UHGV virus genome: UHGV-0142349
DNA: 48,552 nucleotides
Source of the DNA: a virus
Strand: one strand, 5' to 3'
The first letter of the stretch is position 1. The number at the start of each line of letters is the position of its first letter. Made by a program: the position numbers and the translations under genes. Below the pieces are notes generated by a model. That model did no database searches and was not told the DNA's origin. It saw only the letters and a program-made list of their open reading frames with translations. Positions 1 to 8,684 of this stretch are shown in pieces.

Positions 1-1
1 A

Positions 2-262
2 CATCCGGCCGGGAAATTATTCTGGGCTTTAACGGATGAAAGCAATAAAGAGCAACCGGACGTTATTCCTGTTTATGCTGACTCACCTGCGCCGGTAGTG
101 CCGGATGATGGTCGCGAAAAGTTCGAAGCACTTGTCAGGTTTCATGCGGGTGATAAAAACCATGAAACATTATTGCTTCGTGCCAACGAAGGTATGAATT
201 ACCAGGACCCGAATGTTGATCTGGCGTGGATATTCTGGAAGTCCAGTCGTGAGCATATATAA
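2..262 (+). CDS. 3' end of an upstream gene (partial, hypothetical)
   Basis: Open frame from window edge to TAA at 260-262; translation ends ...RANEGMNYQDPNVDLAWIFWKSSREHI; no recognisable family. Confidence 0.35.
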   Translation, partial: HPAGKLFWALTDESNKEQPDVIPVYADSPAPVVPDDGREKFEALVRFHAGDKNHETLLLRANEGMNYQDPNVDLAWIFWKSSREHI

Positions 263-602
263 GCTGTAGTGAGAAGCCATGCGATTACGAGCAGTATTCA
301 GATATTCAGAGCGGGTAATGAGGCACATACAACCGAAAACATGGCAGAAATTGGATTCTGTGGGAGTTAAGTTGGAGAAGATTACTCAACTTAAGCAGTG
401 GCATATCGGCGAATATTATGGAAGTCCTGGCCGGGATGTTCGTTTGGTAAAAAGTTGAGTATTGTTTTTTTATTGATCAATTAACCACGATTTGAAGGTT
501 TTTTTATGGGAAAACCTTGTTTTAGGTGGTAACTGGGTGTAGTGTTTCATTTAACGTAGTAAAACTGCGTTAAGCGATTACCGCGTAATTTGTTGCTTTA
601 TG

Positions 603-636
603 AAGCCCTGCCTTTTTCGGCGGGGCTTTTTTTTTA
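603..636 (+). terminator. rho-independent terminator immediately upstream of lysis genes
   Basis: GC-rich hairpin (gccctgcc / ggcggggc, one mismatch) followed by a run of 9 T. Confidence 0.55.
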
Positions 637-648
637 ACGAGGATTTCA

Positions 649-1044
649 ATGTCAGCAGAACCAATTTCCGGTACGGCCGTTGCTGCTGGTGGCCTGATGG
701 GTGCCAGTGTTTTTGGTATTGCAACTGGTATTGATTACGGCGTTGTATTCGGGGCATTTGCTGGCGCTGTTTTCTATGTTGCTACAGCGGTGAATATTAG
801 CCGTCTCAAGCTGATTGGCTATTTCTTTACATCGTTCATTGTTGGAGTGATTGGAGCGCCGTTAGTTGGCTCATTTCTTGCCAAATGGACCAGCTACAAC
901 GATCGTCCTCTGGATGCGCTTGGTGCGGTTATTGTGGCTGCATTGACAATTAAAATCCTCACGTTCGTAAACAGCCAGGATCTCGGTAGCATCTTTGGAA
1001 TGCTTTCCCGCTTACGTGGAGGGGGTTCAAATGGTAAGCAGTGA
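649..1044 (+). CDS. putative holin (multi-TMD small membrane protein)
   Basis: 131 aa with about 4 hydrophobic segments; first gene of a cluster followed by endolysin and spanins. Confidence 0.5.
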   Translation: MSAEPISGTAVAAGGLMGASVFGIATGIDYGVVFGAFAGAVFYVATAVNISRLKLIGYFFTSFIVGVIGAPLVGSFLAKWTSYNDRPLDALGAVIVAALTIKILTFVNSQDLGSIFGMLSRLRGGGSNGKQ

Positions 1045-1327
1045 CCCGTCAGCACTGATTAATGCGGTGCTTTGCACAGTAATAGTAATGGCGCTGATGT
1101 TTTATCGACGGAAAGACTCAAGGCATCGTCCATTTGTTTCCTTTCTGGCTTATATCTACGTCATTGTATACGCCAATGTTCCCTTCCGTTACGTGTTCGG
1201 TCTTTATCAAGAATCCCACTGGCTGGTGGTTATTGGAAATCTGATTATCTGCATCGTTGTTCTGTATTTCAGGGGCAATCTGGCGCGGATAGTTGACGCA
1301 TTAGGATTTAATCATGACCAAAGATGA
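1031..1327 (+). CDS. small membrane protein (holin/antiholin-like)
   Basis: ATG 1031 preceded by GGAGGGGG; two hydrophobic segments; overlaps stop of preceding gene; the six-frame track starts this ORF at 995. Confidence 0.4.
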   Translation: MVSSDPSALINAVLCTVIVMALMFYRRKDSRHRPFVSFLAYIYVIVYANVPFRYVFGLYQESHWLVVIGNLIICIVVLYFRGNLARIVDALGFNHDQR

Positions 1328-1856
1328 GATTTTTAACAGCATTCTTGGAAAAGAGGGCGGCTATGTGGATCACCCTGACGACAAGGGAGGCCCAACAAAG
1401 TGGGGCATTACTCAGAGCACTGCCCGTGCTCATGGATACCGTGGCGATATGCGCGATTTAACCCGCGAACAGGCACTGGAAATCCTTGAGGCTGATTACT
1501 GGTACGGACCACGCTTTGATCAGGTTGCCGCATTATCCTCTGATATTGCCGCAGAGCTGTGTGACACGGGGGTGAACATGGGGCCAACAGTGGCGTCAAA
1601 AATGCTTCAACGCTGGCTGAATGTGTTCAACCTGCGCGGGAAGCTGTATCCCGATTTGGATGCAGACGGACGAATCGGTCCACGTACCATTAATGCGCTG
1701 CGTGCTTATCTTGGGAATCGGGGAAAAGACGGCGAACGGGTGATGCTGACGTCGCTGAACTGTACGCAGGGCGAACGCTATCTGGAGTTGGCGGAGAAGC
1801 GCGAGGCTAATGAGTCGTTTGTCTACGGCTGGATGAAAGAGCGAGTGGTGGTATGA
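1314..1856 (+). CDS. endolysin, GH108-type lysozyme with C-terminal peptidoglycan-binding region
   Basis: N-terminal motif EGGYVDHPDDKGGPTKWGIT typical of glycoside hydrolase family 108 phage lysins. Confidence 0.8.
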   Translation: MTKDEIFNSILGKEGGYVDHPDDKGGPTKWGITQSTARAHGYRGDMRDLTREQALEILEADYWYGPRFDQVAALSSDIAAELCDTGVNMGPTVASKMLQRWLNVFNLRGKLYPDLDADGRIGPRTINALRAYLGNRGKDGERVMLTSLNCTQGERYLELAEKREANESFVYGWMKERVVV

Positions 1857-2131
1857 CTGGTTTGAAGGCCGTTTTGTCATTTATTGGCACAATTATATTG
1901 GTTGCATTCGGCGCGTTTGGTTTTGGTCGTATGAAGGGGCGAGAAAAGGCCGAAGATGAAGCTGAAAAGCAGCGCATTAATGAGAATGCAGCCGCCGTAA
2001 AAGCCACTGCGGAGCGGCGTATAGAAGTGACAAAAGAGGTGGGGAATGTACAGCAGAGTGTTAACCATATGGCTGATGACGATGTTGATCGCGAGCTGCG
2101 GGAGTCGTGGAAGCGTCCCGGTGGTGGTTGA
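1853..2131 (+). CDS. i-spanin (Rz-like)
   Basis: N-terminal TMD then charged coiled-coil-like region; immediately after endolysin; overlaps stop of previous gene. Confidence 0.55.
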   Translation: MTGLKAVLSFIGTIILVAFGAFGFGRMKGREKAEDEAEKQRINENAAAVKATAERRIEVTKEVGNVQQSVNHMADDDVDRELRESWKRPGGG

Positions 2132-2255
2132 TACCGCCTGTGATTGGGTAAAGCCCATCTACCTGACTGATCACGACATCGATGTTATGGACCGCCAGAC
2201 AAAGAAAGATATTCTGGCTCATAACAGGGCATGGGAAATCAACTGCCGAAAGTAA
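2046..2255 (+). CDS. o-spanin (Rz1-like outer-membrane lipoprotein)
   Basis: Starts inside the i-spanin gene in another frame; signal peptide with lipobox L-I-A-S-C. Confidence 0.55.
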   Translation: MYSRVLTIWLMTMLIASCGSRGSVPVVVDTACDWVKPIYLTDHDIDVMDRQTKKDILAHNRAWEINCRK

Positions 2256-2286
2256 TATATATTTCTATAATTATATAAATATATAG
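2253..2286. repeat. AT-rich near-palindromic motif copy (TATAATTATATAAAT core)
   Basis: Shares TATAATTATA core with 7 other copies (3407, 35479, 40528, 41236, 41307, 45065, 46280). Confidence 0.5.
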
Positions 2287-2424
2287 TTACAACATTCTAT
2301 GCGCTTTTCTCATGGGCGCACGCATCAACCATGTTTGTCTGATATGCCGCCGCGCCCAAAAATCCTGAATTTATTGGCTGGGATTTTCGTGCGCGGCGCC
2401 ACACCAGACAAACAAATCAAATAT

Positions 2425-2500
2425 GGCCCCTTAGCTCAGTGGTTAGAGCAGGCGACTCATAATCGCACGGTCATCGGTTCAAATCCGGTAGGGGCCACCA
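2425..2500 (+). tRNA. tRNA with CAU anticodon (elongator type; tRNA-Ile2/lysidine-like or Met)
   Basis: 76 nt cloverleaf: acceptor GGCCCCT/AGGGGCC, D-arm GCTC..GAGC, anticodon loop CTCATAA, T-loop TTCAAAT, 3' CCA; G1-C72 pair argues against initiator; 5' half recalled as close to enterobacterial ileX. Confidence 0.85.
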
Positions 2501-2819
2501 ATTCACTCTCACACATAAAGATAAGCGCGGTGGAGTTACTTCTTCGTGCTCATCTTTATGCTCATCTTTATGCGTGCCTGGTGCGCATTTCGGGCGAACG
2601 TGGGGCTAAGTTACAGGCAGGGCCTGTTATCCGCAAAGGGGTAAAAGCTGGAGCGGCACGGAACTGTAGCCGTGTTACCAAAACAGCGTTGTCGGGCGAT
2701 ATCCGGCACACAACAGGCAAGGGCATTAATCAGTCTGGTTAGTGCCCTTTTCGTTGTGTTTGCTGTAGAGCTGGCCAGCGTTATGACTGCCGGAGATAAG
2801 CGCCGGAGACACAACTAAC

Positions 2820-3407
2820 ATGGAGGCAATTGCATTGTTTAATCTGATTTATGCAGATCCCCCCTGGGAATACAAAGACAAGTGTAAGGATGGGAATCGT
2901 GGCGCTGGTTTTAAGTATCCAACGATGAAAGCTGAGGATATTGCTCGTATTCCTGTCTGGCAGCTTGCTAATCCTGAATCGTGTTTGTTGGCCATGTGGT
3001 GGGTTCCGACTCAGCCAGAAGAAGCGTTGCTGGTGGTGAAAGCATGGGGATTCAGGCTGATGACCATGAAGGGCTTCACATGGAACAAATGTGGTAGCCG
3101 ACAACCAGATAAGCTGGTGATGGGGATGGGGCATATGACTCGTGCAAACAGTGAAGATTGCTTGTTTGCGGTAAAAGGCAAACTGCCGACCCGCCTTGAT
3201 GCGGGGATCATTCAGTCGTTTACATCGCCTCGTCTGGAGCATTCTCGGAAGCCTGATGTGGTTCGTGACAAGCTGGTAAGGCTGTTAGGTGATGTTCCCC
3301 GTATTGAGCTGTTTGCTCGCGGTGATTTACCTGATGGCTGGCATGGCTGGGGCAACCAGTGCAATGGAGGTATCCAGTTGCATGATGCTCTCTGGCAAGT
3401 GGCATAG
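2820..3407 (+). CDS. MT-A70 family N6-adenine DNA methyltransferase
   Basis: Catalytic DPPW motif in IYADPPWEY context; size and layout typical of phage Dam-like MT-A70 enzymes. Confidence 0.75.
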   Translation: MEAIALFNLIYADPPWEYKDKCKDGNRGAGFKYPTMKAEDIARIPVWQLANPESCLLAMWWVPTQPEEALLVVKAWGFRLMTMKGFTWNKCGSRQPDKLVMGMGHMTRANSEDCLFAVKGKLPTRLDAGIIQSFTSPRLEHSRKPDVVRDKLVRLLGDVPRIELFARGDLPDGWHGWGNQCNGGIQLHDALWQVA

Positions 3408-3519
3408 AATTATATAATTATATATTTATATAAAAATTGCTTTACAGGTGGGAAAAAATTTCCTATGGTTATACCCGAAACCGAGCGATACCCGCCCTGG
3501 CTAAACCGGAGATAACCCG
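3407..3519 (+). promoter_or_regulatory. promoter-leader cassette copy A (AT-rich motif, -35 TTTACA, 17-bp spacer, -10 TATGGT, conserved 5' leader)
   Basis: Near-identical to 35479..35591 and 45065..45180; ends at ATG 3520; GGAGA Shine-Dalgarno. Confidence 0.6.
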
Positions 3520-3789
3520 ATGAAAGTACAAGACCGTGAAGTAGTAAAAAGCCTCCTGCAATACCTGACCTCAAAAAACCTGACGGGCAGCGTTGAGTTC
3601 CGTGAAGCGTTAAAACATTTCAACGTCACTACGGTTTATCGTTGGGAAAACAAACATTCTGAAAGACCGTATGTGGTGGATGTTTTTGCGCCTGATATTG
3701 AGTGCGGTTTTGAGCGCCATTCATTCAAAAAGAAACATTCCGCTGATGTTTTTTGTGAGGTTGTATGTGCGGCAGGAGATGATGAGTGA
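3520..3789 (+). CDS. hypothetical protein (cassette-driven)
   Basis: 89 aa ORF starting right after conserved leader with SD. Confidence 0.5.
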   Translation: MKVQDREVVKSLLQYLTSKNLTGSVEFREALKHFNVTTVYRWENKHSERPYVVDVFAPDIECGFERHSFKKKHSADVFCEVVCAAGDDE

Positions 3790-3986
3790 TGCGTATTTCC
3801 TTCAAACGTGCGACTGAGCAGCAACGCAAAGAGTTCCTGGCTGATGATGTTGCGGCCGTTTATGACCTCATGAAAGAGGTTGTGGAATCAGGGAACTACA
3901 CGGCGGCAAAGATGCTTAAACTGCAATTTTTGCTGGGCGACCTGAAATACAAATCCGAAGTTGTCGCCGGACGACGCGAGCATTAA
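3786..3986 (+). CDS. hypothetical protein
   Basis: 66 aa ORF, start overlaps stop of preceding gene (ATGA), followed by terminator. Confidence 0.4.
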   Translation: MMRISFKRATEQQRKEFLADDVAAVYDLMKEVVESGNYTAAKMLKLQFLLGDLKYKSEVVAGRREH

Positions 3987-4007
3987 ACCGTAACGATAAC
4001 GAACAAC

Positions 4008-4036
4008 GAGCCTCGGCAATTGCCGGGGCTTTTTTA
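4008..4036 (+). terminator. rho-independent terminator
   Basis: Hairpin agcctcggcaa/ttgccggggct followed by TTTTTT. Confidence 0.55.
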
Positions 4037-4060
4037 CATCCAGACAAAGGAGAACATGGG

Positions 4061-4360
4061 ATGCCTTCGACAAGCACCAAAAAAGAAATGGCGGCTAGTG
4101 ATGTGCTTTACGCGCTTTCGACTATATGTGACGGAGCAATGATGAGGATGAAAGTCCTCCATGAAGCATACGGAAAAAGTCACGATGAGGCAGCTAAAGA
4201 GTGCCTGAATGAGATTGTGGACTTCCTTGATAGCCATCGTTCAGTTATATCGCGTCAACCGACAGCGTCGTCCATCACGATTAGCGCACCGGTTATCAAT
4301 ATATCAGTAACTGCGGCGTGTAAATCAGCAGCGGAAGATGATCGTGCTTATGCCGAGTGA
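4061..4360 (+). CDS. hypothetical protein
   Basis: 99 aa ORF; no recognised family. Confidence 0.4.
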   Translation: MPSTSTKKEMAASDVLYALSTICDGAMMRMKVLHEAYGKSHDEAAKECLNEIVDFLDSHRSVISRQPTASSITISAPVINISVTAACKSAAEDDRAYAE

Positions 4361-4550
4361 TTTGTTCTGGTTTCCGCTTCCAATAAGAGATTTGTTGGTA
4401 TTTCTGGCTGGCGCTTACGTCTGGAGAAAAGCGAAAGACACCTCGTTATCTTTGAGGTTTGTCTTAGCTATATCGGTAGGAACCGCGCTGGGTACGGCGT
4501 ATCTCTTGATATTACTGGAGGTATTCATTGAAAAATGGATAGTTTCATGA
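4338..4550 (+). CDS. small membrane protein (2 predicted TMDs)
   Basis: 70 aa, two hydrophobic stretches. Confidence 0.4.
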   Translation: MIVLMPSDLFWFPLPIRDLLVFLAGAYVWRKAKDTSLSLRFVLAISVGTALGTAYLLILLEVFIEKWIVS

Positions 4551-4699
4551 ATGGTCTTTGCATTTTTCTGATGGTTGTGGCCGTGTGTTTTTGTATCTCG
4601 CTGGTGGTTATTGCTGGTGTCCTGTGGCGCATCTTAGTGGCGCAGAGAGCTTTTCGGCTTAAGCGGGAGCAAATGCGCCTTGATTTCTATCGAAAGTAA
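4547..4699 (+). CDS. small single-TMD protein (50 aa, not in ORF track)
   Basis: ATG 4547 overlaps stop of previous gene (ATGA coupling); MNGLCIFLMVVAVCFCISLVVIAGVLWRILVAQRAFRLKREQMRLDFYRK. Confidence 0.3.
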   Translation: MNGLCIFLMVVAVCFCISLVVIAGVLWRILVAQRAFRLKREQMRLDFYRK

Positions 4700-4706
4700 C
4701 TCTTAC

Positions 4707-4741
4707 AGCCTCGCGGTGTCGCGGGGCTTTTTATTTTCAGG
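4707..4741 (+). terminator. rho-independent terminator
   Basis: Hairpin cctcgcggtgtcgcgggg followed by T-run. Confidence 0.5.
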
Positions 4742-4748
4742 TGATGTT

Positions 4749-5159
4749 ATGGAAAAGAAAGAAGATAAACCGATTGCCATTGGTGCAGAGTCTGTTCCGT
4801 TTAAGTTTGAATTATCCCAACTGGTAACAATGCGTATCAGTGACGAATGGGGAGAAGTTCAAGCCCGTGCTCAGTATGCAAATGGCGAAAACCAGTATCT
4901 GATTCACTATCAGGCGGCTGATGGCCGTGCTACCACAGAGTGGTTCGGTGAGTCGATGCTGATTGCGATGGAGGATAAACGTCATCCTGGCTGCCCTGTT
5001 TTTGCCTGTATTGATTTGCCAGAAGGCGCGGTACTTGAAGACGACGAAGAAGAATGCTCATCTGATGGCGAACTTGTCATTACCGGAATCGTTGATGGTA
5101 AGCCGGAATACTCTCGTATTGAGGTAAATAACGGCTGCCTCCGTTTGATCCCTGCGTAA
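4749..5159 (+). CDS. hypothetical acidic protein
   Basis: Start moved to ATG 4749 downstream of terminator (ORF track starts 4680); 137 aa. Confidence 0.45.
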   Translation: MEKKEDKPIAIGAESVPFKFELSQLVTMRISDEWGEVQARAQYANGENQYLIHYQAADGRATTEWFGESMLIAMEDKRHPGCPVFACIDLPEGAVLEDDEEECSSDGELVITGIVDGKPEYSRIEVNNGCLRLIPA

Positions 5160-5394
5160 CGCATTACAGCAGCTCTTGTGCCTATCAGGGGCTGCGATAA
5201 TGCGCAAACCAAAGCTGCCTCATTAACTCCAGCTCGCTGTGGAGTTAATGCTGGTGGCTTTTTTATTTACAGGAAGGTGGGCGACCGCCGTCAGTTGCGA
5301 CCTGACGACAGTCATTCATACCCACAGGGTGCCGTGGATACAAACCGAGGCCCACTTGCTTGCACAAGCGAGGGGATTTTAGCGGATAAACGGC

Positions 5395-6018
5395 ATGACA
5401 AAACATCTTAATGTGGTTTCTTTACCACTTTCTGTGTTGATTGGTTATGAAAAGAACGCTCGCACACACTCCGTGGAGCAGGTAGATCAGATTGTTGCCA
5501 GCATACAGGAGTACGGATGGACTAATCCGATCCTGATAGACGAAAGCAACGTTGTAATTGCTGGTCATGGTCGAATTGCTGCGGCCACTCAGTTGGGGAT
5601 GGATGATGTTCCCTGCATTGTTCTGGAAGGGCTAACGGAGAATCAGAAGAAGGCATATCGTCTGGCCGACAACCGTATTCCGCTGAATGCTGGTTGGGAT
5701 GAAGAGTTGTTAAGCGCGGAGCTTGCAGATCTTGCGGCCGATGATTTTGCTCTGGACTCAATTGGTTTTACTCAGCGCGAACTGGATAACTTATTGAGTG
5801 CGGCGGTCTACGATGACACAGAAGGTATGGATATCCCATTTGAGAAGGATGAGGCCAAATCAGGCGTAAAAGTTCAGTACCTGTCATTTGGAGGTCATAA
5901 AATCCCGGCAACGGATGAGGAAGCGGATCGTTTTGACTGCGCGGTATCTCGTTATGTTGATGATAATGGCAGCTATATCGGATTTGTATCCGCATTGCTG
6001 GCAGGGGAGGTGTGCTGA
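5395..6018 (+). CDS. ParB-like nuclease domain protein (paralog 1)
   Basis: N-terminal ParB/Srx-like motifs (NARTHS.EQV, IAGHGRIAAA, KKAYRLADNR); paralogous to 8685..9275. Confidence 0.65.
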   Translation: MTKHLNVVSLPLSVLIGYEKNARTHSVEQVDQIVASIQEYGWTNPILIDESNVVIAGHGRIAAATQLGMDDVPCIVLEGLTENQKKAYRLADNRIPLNAGWDEELLSAELADLAADDFALDSIGFTQRELDNLLSAAVYDDTEGMDIPFEKDEAKSGVKVQYLSFGGHKIPATDEEADRFDCAVSRYVDDNGSYIGFVSALLAGEVC

Positions 6019-7391
6019 TGCTTCACCTGAATTACGACATAACGCACCTACGCGGCGCGGAATATAACCCGCGTTTTATCGGTGAGGATGATCTTGCGAG
6101 GCTGGCGGAAAGCGTCAGGGAGCTGGGGCTTGTGAAGCCATTGATAGTGCGCGGCGATTTGCTGGTGGCGGGACACCAAAGGACGAAGGCGCTACGTAAG
6201 TTGGGAATAACGCGTGCTGCGGTGTATGTGTTGCCCTGTGAAACGACGGTATACGACGAAGTACGGTTTAACCAACTGCATAACGGAACGGATTTTGACA
6301 GCGGAGATGAGCGTTGCAGGGTGTCCGGTCTGGAAGATAAGCATGGTTTTGTTCAGGTATCGGCAAGCCAGATCTCAGGCAATATGCGCGCGAAAATGGC
6401 ATATGTTCGAAAGAACATAGCGGAACTGGTTATCAAGTATGGTCCGTGGGGTGGTTGTGTTGCTACTCAGTCTGGCGAGGTTATTCACTGTGCTCAGTAT
6501 GCATTAGCAGCGAAGATGACGCGCACACCGCTAACGGTGTTTGTGATCCCTGATGTTGAGAAGGAAAAATACCAAAGTTATCTGAATAAAACTTATGGTG
6601 TATTTGAGTATTCTCATCTGGAGAAAACAACATACATCCAGACGTATGCGCAGCTTATGCGGTTGCGTAATGGTGGCAGCCTGAAATCAAACCTGTATGA
6701 GTCGTTGATCCTCCCGATCATTGCCAAGACGCCAAGAGGAATTGATTTTGGTTCGGGTCAGGGAGACTACGCGCGAATGCTCAGGGCAAAGGGATATAAC
6801 CTGCATGATCTTGAGCTTTTCCGCCGTAAGGGCGCTGGAAACACTCTGGATAGGACCGCAACAAACCGGATGATTGATACGCTGGTGGACGACTTAAAAA
6901 CGCGAGGGCGTTACGACTACGTGATTTGCGATAGCGTTTTGAACTCGGTCGATAGTGTCGAGGCTGAATGGTCCGTTCTGACGGTTCTGAAAGGGCTGTG
7001 TAAAGCTGGTGGGTCAATATTCTTTTCTGGCCGTAGCCGTGGAGAGCTGGAAACAGTCCTGAAGCAGACACAAGCGGCGAGTTCCAAAAGCCGGCTTTAT
7101 TTTATTGATCATAACGGTTTTACCGCGTTGTACCGGAAGGGGCACTGGTTTTACCAGAAGTTTCACTCTGATGAGGAAGTGAAGCAGTTGTGTCGTGTAC
7201 ATGGTTTCAGGATTAAGCGGTCAATATTCAACTGTAAGAGCTGGTATTTGCACGTCATTAACGATGATTCCCTTAGTTGGGCGAGTCTGGAGAAAGCTGT
7301 TCGTTTTGAGTTTGAGTTGCCGTTGCCTGGTGGTTCAACAATCGGACGATCTGATGATGTACTGGCGGCTTTCCGGCCGTTGATTAAGTAG
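6012..7391 (+). CDS. ParB-like N-terminal domain fused to class I SAM-dependent methyltransferase-like domain
   Basis: N-term LLVAGHQRTKALRKLG (ParB-like); C-term Rossmann motif I GIDFGSGQGDYA and DYVICDSVL acidic-loop motif. Confidence 0.6.
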   Translation: MLMLHLNYDITHLRGAEYNPRFIGEDDLARLAESVRELGLVKPLIVRGDLLVAGHQRTKALRKLGITRAAVYVLPCETTVYDEVRFNQLHNGTDFDSGDERCRVSGLEDKHGFVQVSASQISGNMRAKMAYVRKNIAELVIKYGPWGGCVATQSGEVIHCAQYALAAKMTRTPLTVFVIPDVEKEKYQSYLNKTYGVFEYSHLEKTTYIQTYAQLMRLRNGGSLKSNLYESLILPIIAKTPRGIDFGSGQGDYARMLRAKGYNLHDLELFRRKGAGNTLDRTATNRMIDTLVDDLKTRGRYDYVICDSVLNSVDSVEAEWSVLTVLKGLCKAGGSIFFSGRSRGELETVLKQTQAASSKSRLYFIDHNGFTALYRKGHWFYQKFHSDEEVKQLCRVHGFRIKRSIFNCKSWYLHVINDDSLSWASLEKAVRFEFELPLPGGSTIGRSDDVLAAFRPLIK

Positions 7392-7407
7392 TGTGTAGGA
7401 GGCGCTG

Positions 7408-8127
7408 GTGGCTGACAGAATTGAGATAAAGATGGATTTTTCTTCTCAGGATATTCAACGACAACTCCAGCGCCTTGAAGAACGCGAATTGCCGTTCGCA
7501 ATGGCGCTTGCGGCAACCAGAACGGCAAAGGCTTCTCAGGCTGCGATTAAGAATGAAATTAATCGGGTATTTGACAGGCCCACGCCGTGGATTCAGAACT
7601 CTACTTACGTTTTGGCCGCAAAGAAGAGTGATCCTACAGCCATTGTGTATGCTCGTGAATGGGGAGGAACGCCAGCCCCTGTAACGTTGACTCCGCAAAT
7701 CGAAGGTGGCCAACGACAGTACAAACGCTCAGAAGGGGCGCTAAGGGCTGGTGGATATTTGCCTAACGGCTGGCAGCTTGCTCCTGGTCCCGGCGCAAAG
7801 CTGGACAAATACGGGAATATTTCGCGGGGGCAATTACAGCAGGTCTTATCTGGCCTAAGAGTTCAGCGAGATGCGCATCAAAATCGCCGTCAGGGCAAGC
7901 CTACGGAGTTTTTTGTTGTTCGACCTGGTACAAGTAACCCGCTTCAACCAGGCGTCTGGCAGCGCGTTGGGCGGCGTCCTACGTTGATCCTTACGTTTAT
8001 CCAGCAACCTAACTATTCGCAGCGTCTTGATTGGCATGGCGTGGCGCTGCGTGCTGGTGAGGATGCGTTTGCTGATGAAGTCACAAAGGCTATTGATGAC
8101 ATTCTTTCTAAGACCTTCTCTCGTTAA
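7408..8127 (+). CDS. hypothetical protein
   Basis: 239 aa ORF; G/P/Q-rich; no family recognised. Confidence 0.45.
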   Translation: MADRIEIKMDFSSQDIQRQLQRLEERELPFAMALAATRTAKASQAAIKNEINRVFDRPTPWIQNSTYVLAAKKSDPTAIVYAREWGGTPAPVTLTPQIEGGQRQYKRSEGALRAGGYLPNGWQLAPGPGAKLDKYGNISRGQLQQVLSGLRVQRDAHQNRRQGKPTEFFVVRPGTSNPLQPGVWQRVGRRPTLILTFIQQPNYSQRLDWHGVALRAGEDAFADEVTKAIDDILSKTFSR

Positions 8128-8299
8128 TCATCGTGTGGTTGATGGTGTTGTTATGCAGAGTGTATTCACTGTGTTCTGTAGCGTCGCTCGCTGGCTGTCT
8201 GTGGGGGAGCACGAGCATCGTTTCATCGTCCGGCAGAATTGGGTCCTTCTGGCCAAAAGCGTTGGATGCGGGTCATTCGAACCCCGATGTTCGGCTAGC

Positions 8300-8680
8300 T
8301 AAACGTGAAAAAAGTTAGGTTAAAAGTTGCGGTAAAAGAAATTTACTCATCTCATTGAAAAATATCGGGAAAACGTGATTTTTTGCTGTATTTGTGCTGG
8401 TAAAAAGAAAGTAGAAAATTTTCTTTTAGATCATCAAGATACGCGCAGATCTTTAACCAATGTGATGTTGTTCTGATAAAAATCGTTATAAATCATGCAA
8501 ATACATCCAATCTTTTAACCAAAACACCATCTCAAGATCCTTTTTACTTATAAAAACTTAATAAAATCAGATGATTATGCTGGTTTGTGTGATTTTTTAT
8601 GAGTAAAAAGATCGTCATTTTTCTCTTTTAGTATCAATAAGTTAAACAGTTTTCTTTAACCTGTTGTGTTATGGCGGTTA
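8300..8680. promoter_or_regulatory. AT-rich non-coding region with direct repeats (candidate promoter / packaging cos-like region)
   Basis: About 380 bp without ORFs; imperfect direct repeats GTGATTTTTT..GTAAAAAG..TTCTTTTAG near 8384-8440 and 8588-8640; TCTTT(T)AACCAA repeated. Confidence 0.35.
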
Positions 8681-8684
8681 AAAA

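Noticed and set aside
2548-2571. Tandem 12-bp duplication GCTCATCTTTAT x2 downstream of the tRNA
   Set aside because: Only two copies in non-coding DNA; too short to interpret and likely a slippage duplication.
2299-2742. 147-aa ORF on + strand
   Set aside because: It spans the tRNA gene at 2425..2500 and the translation has no protein-like features; it is a read-through frame.
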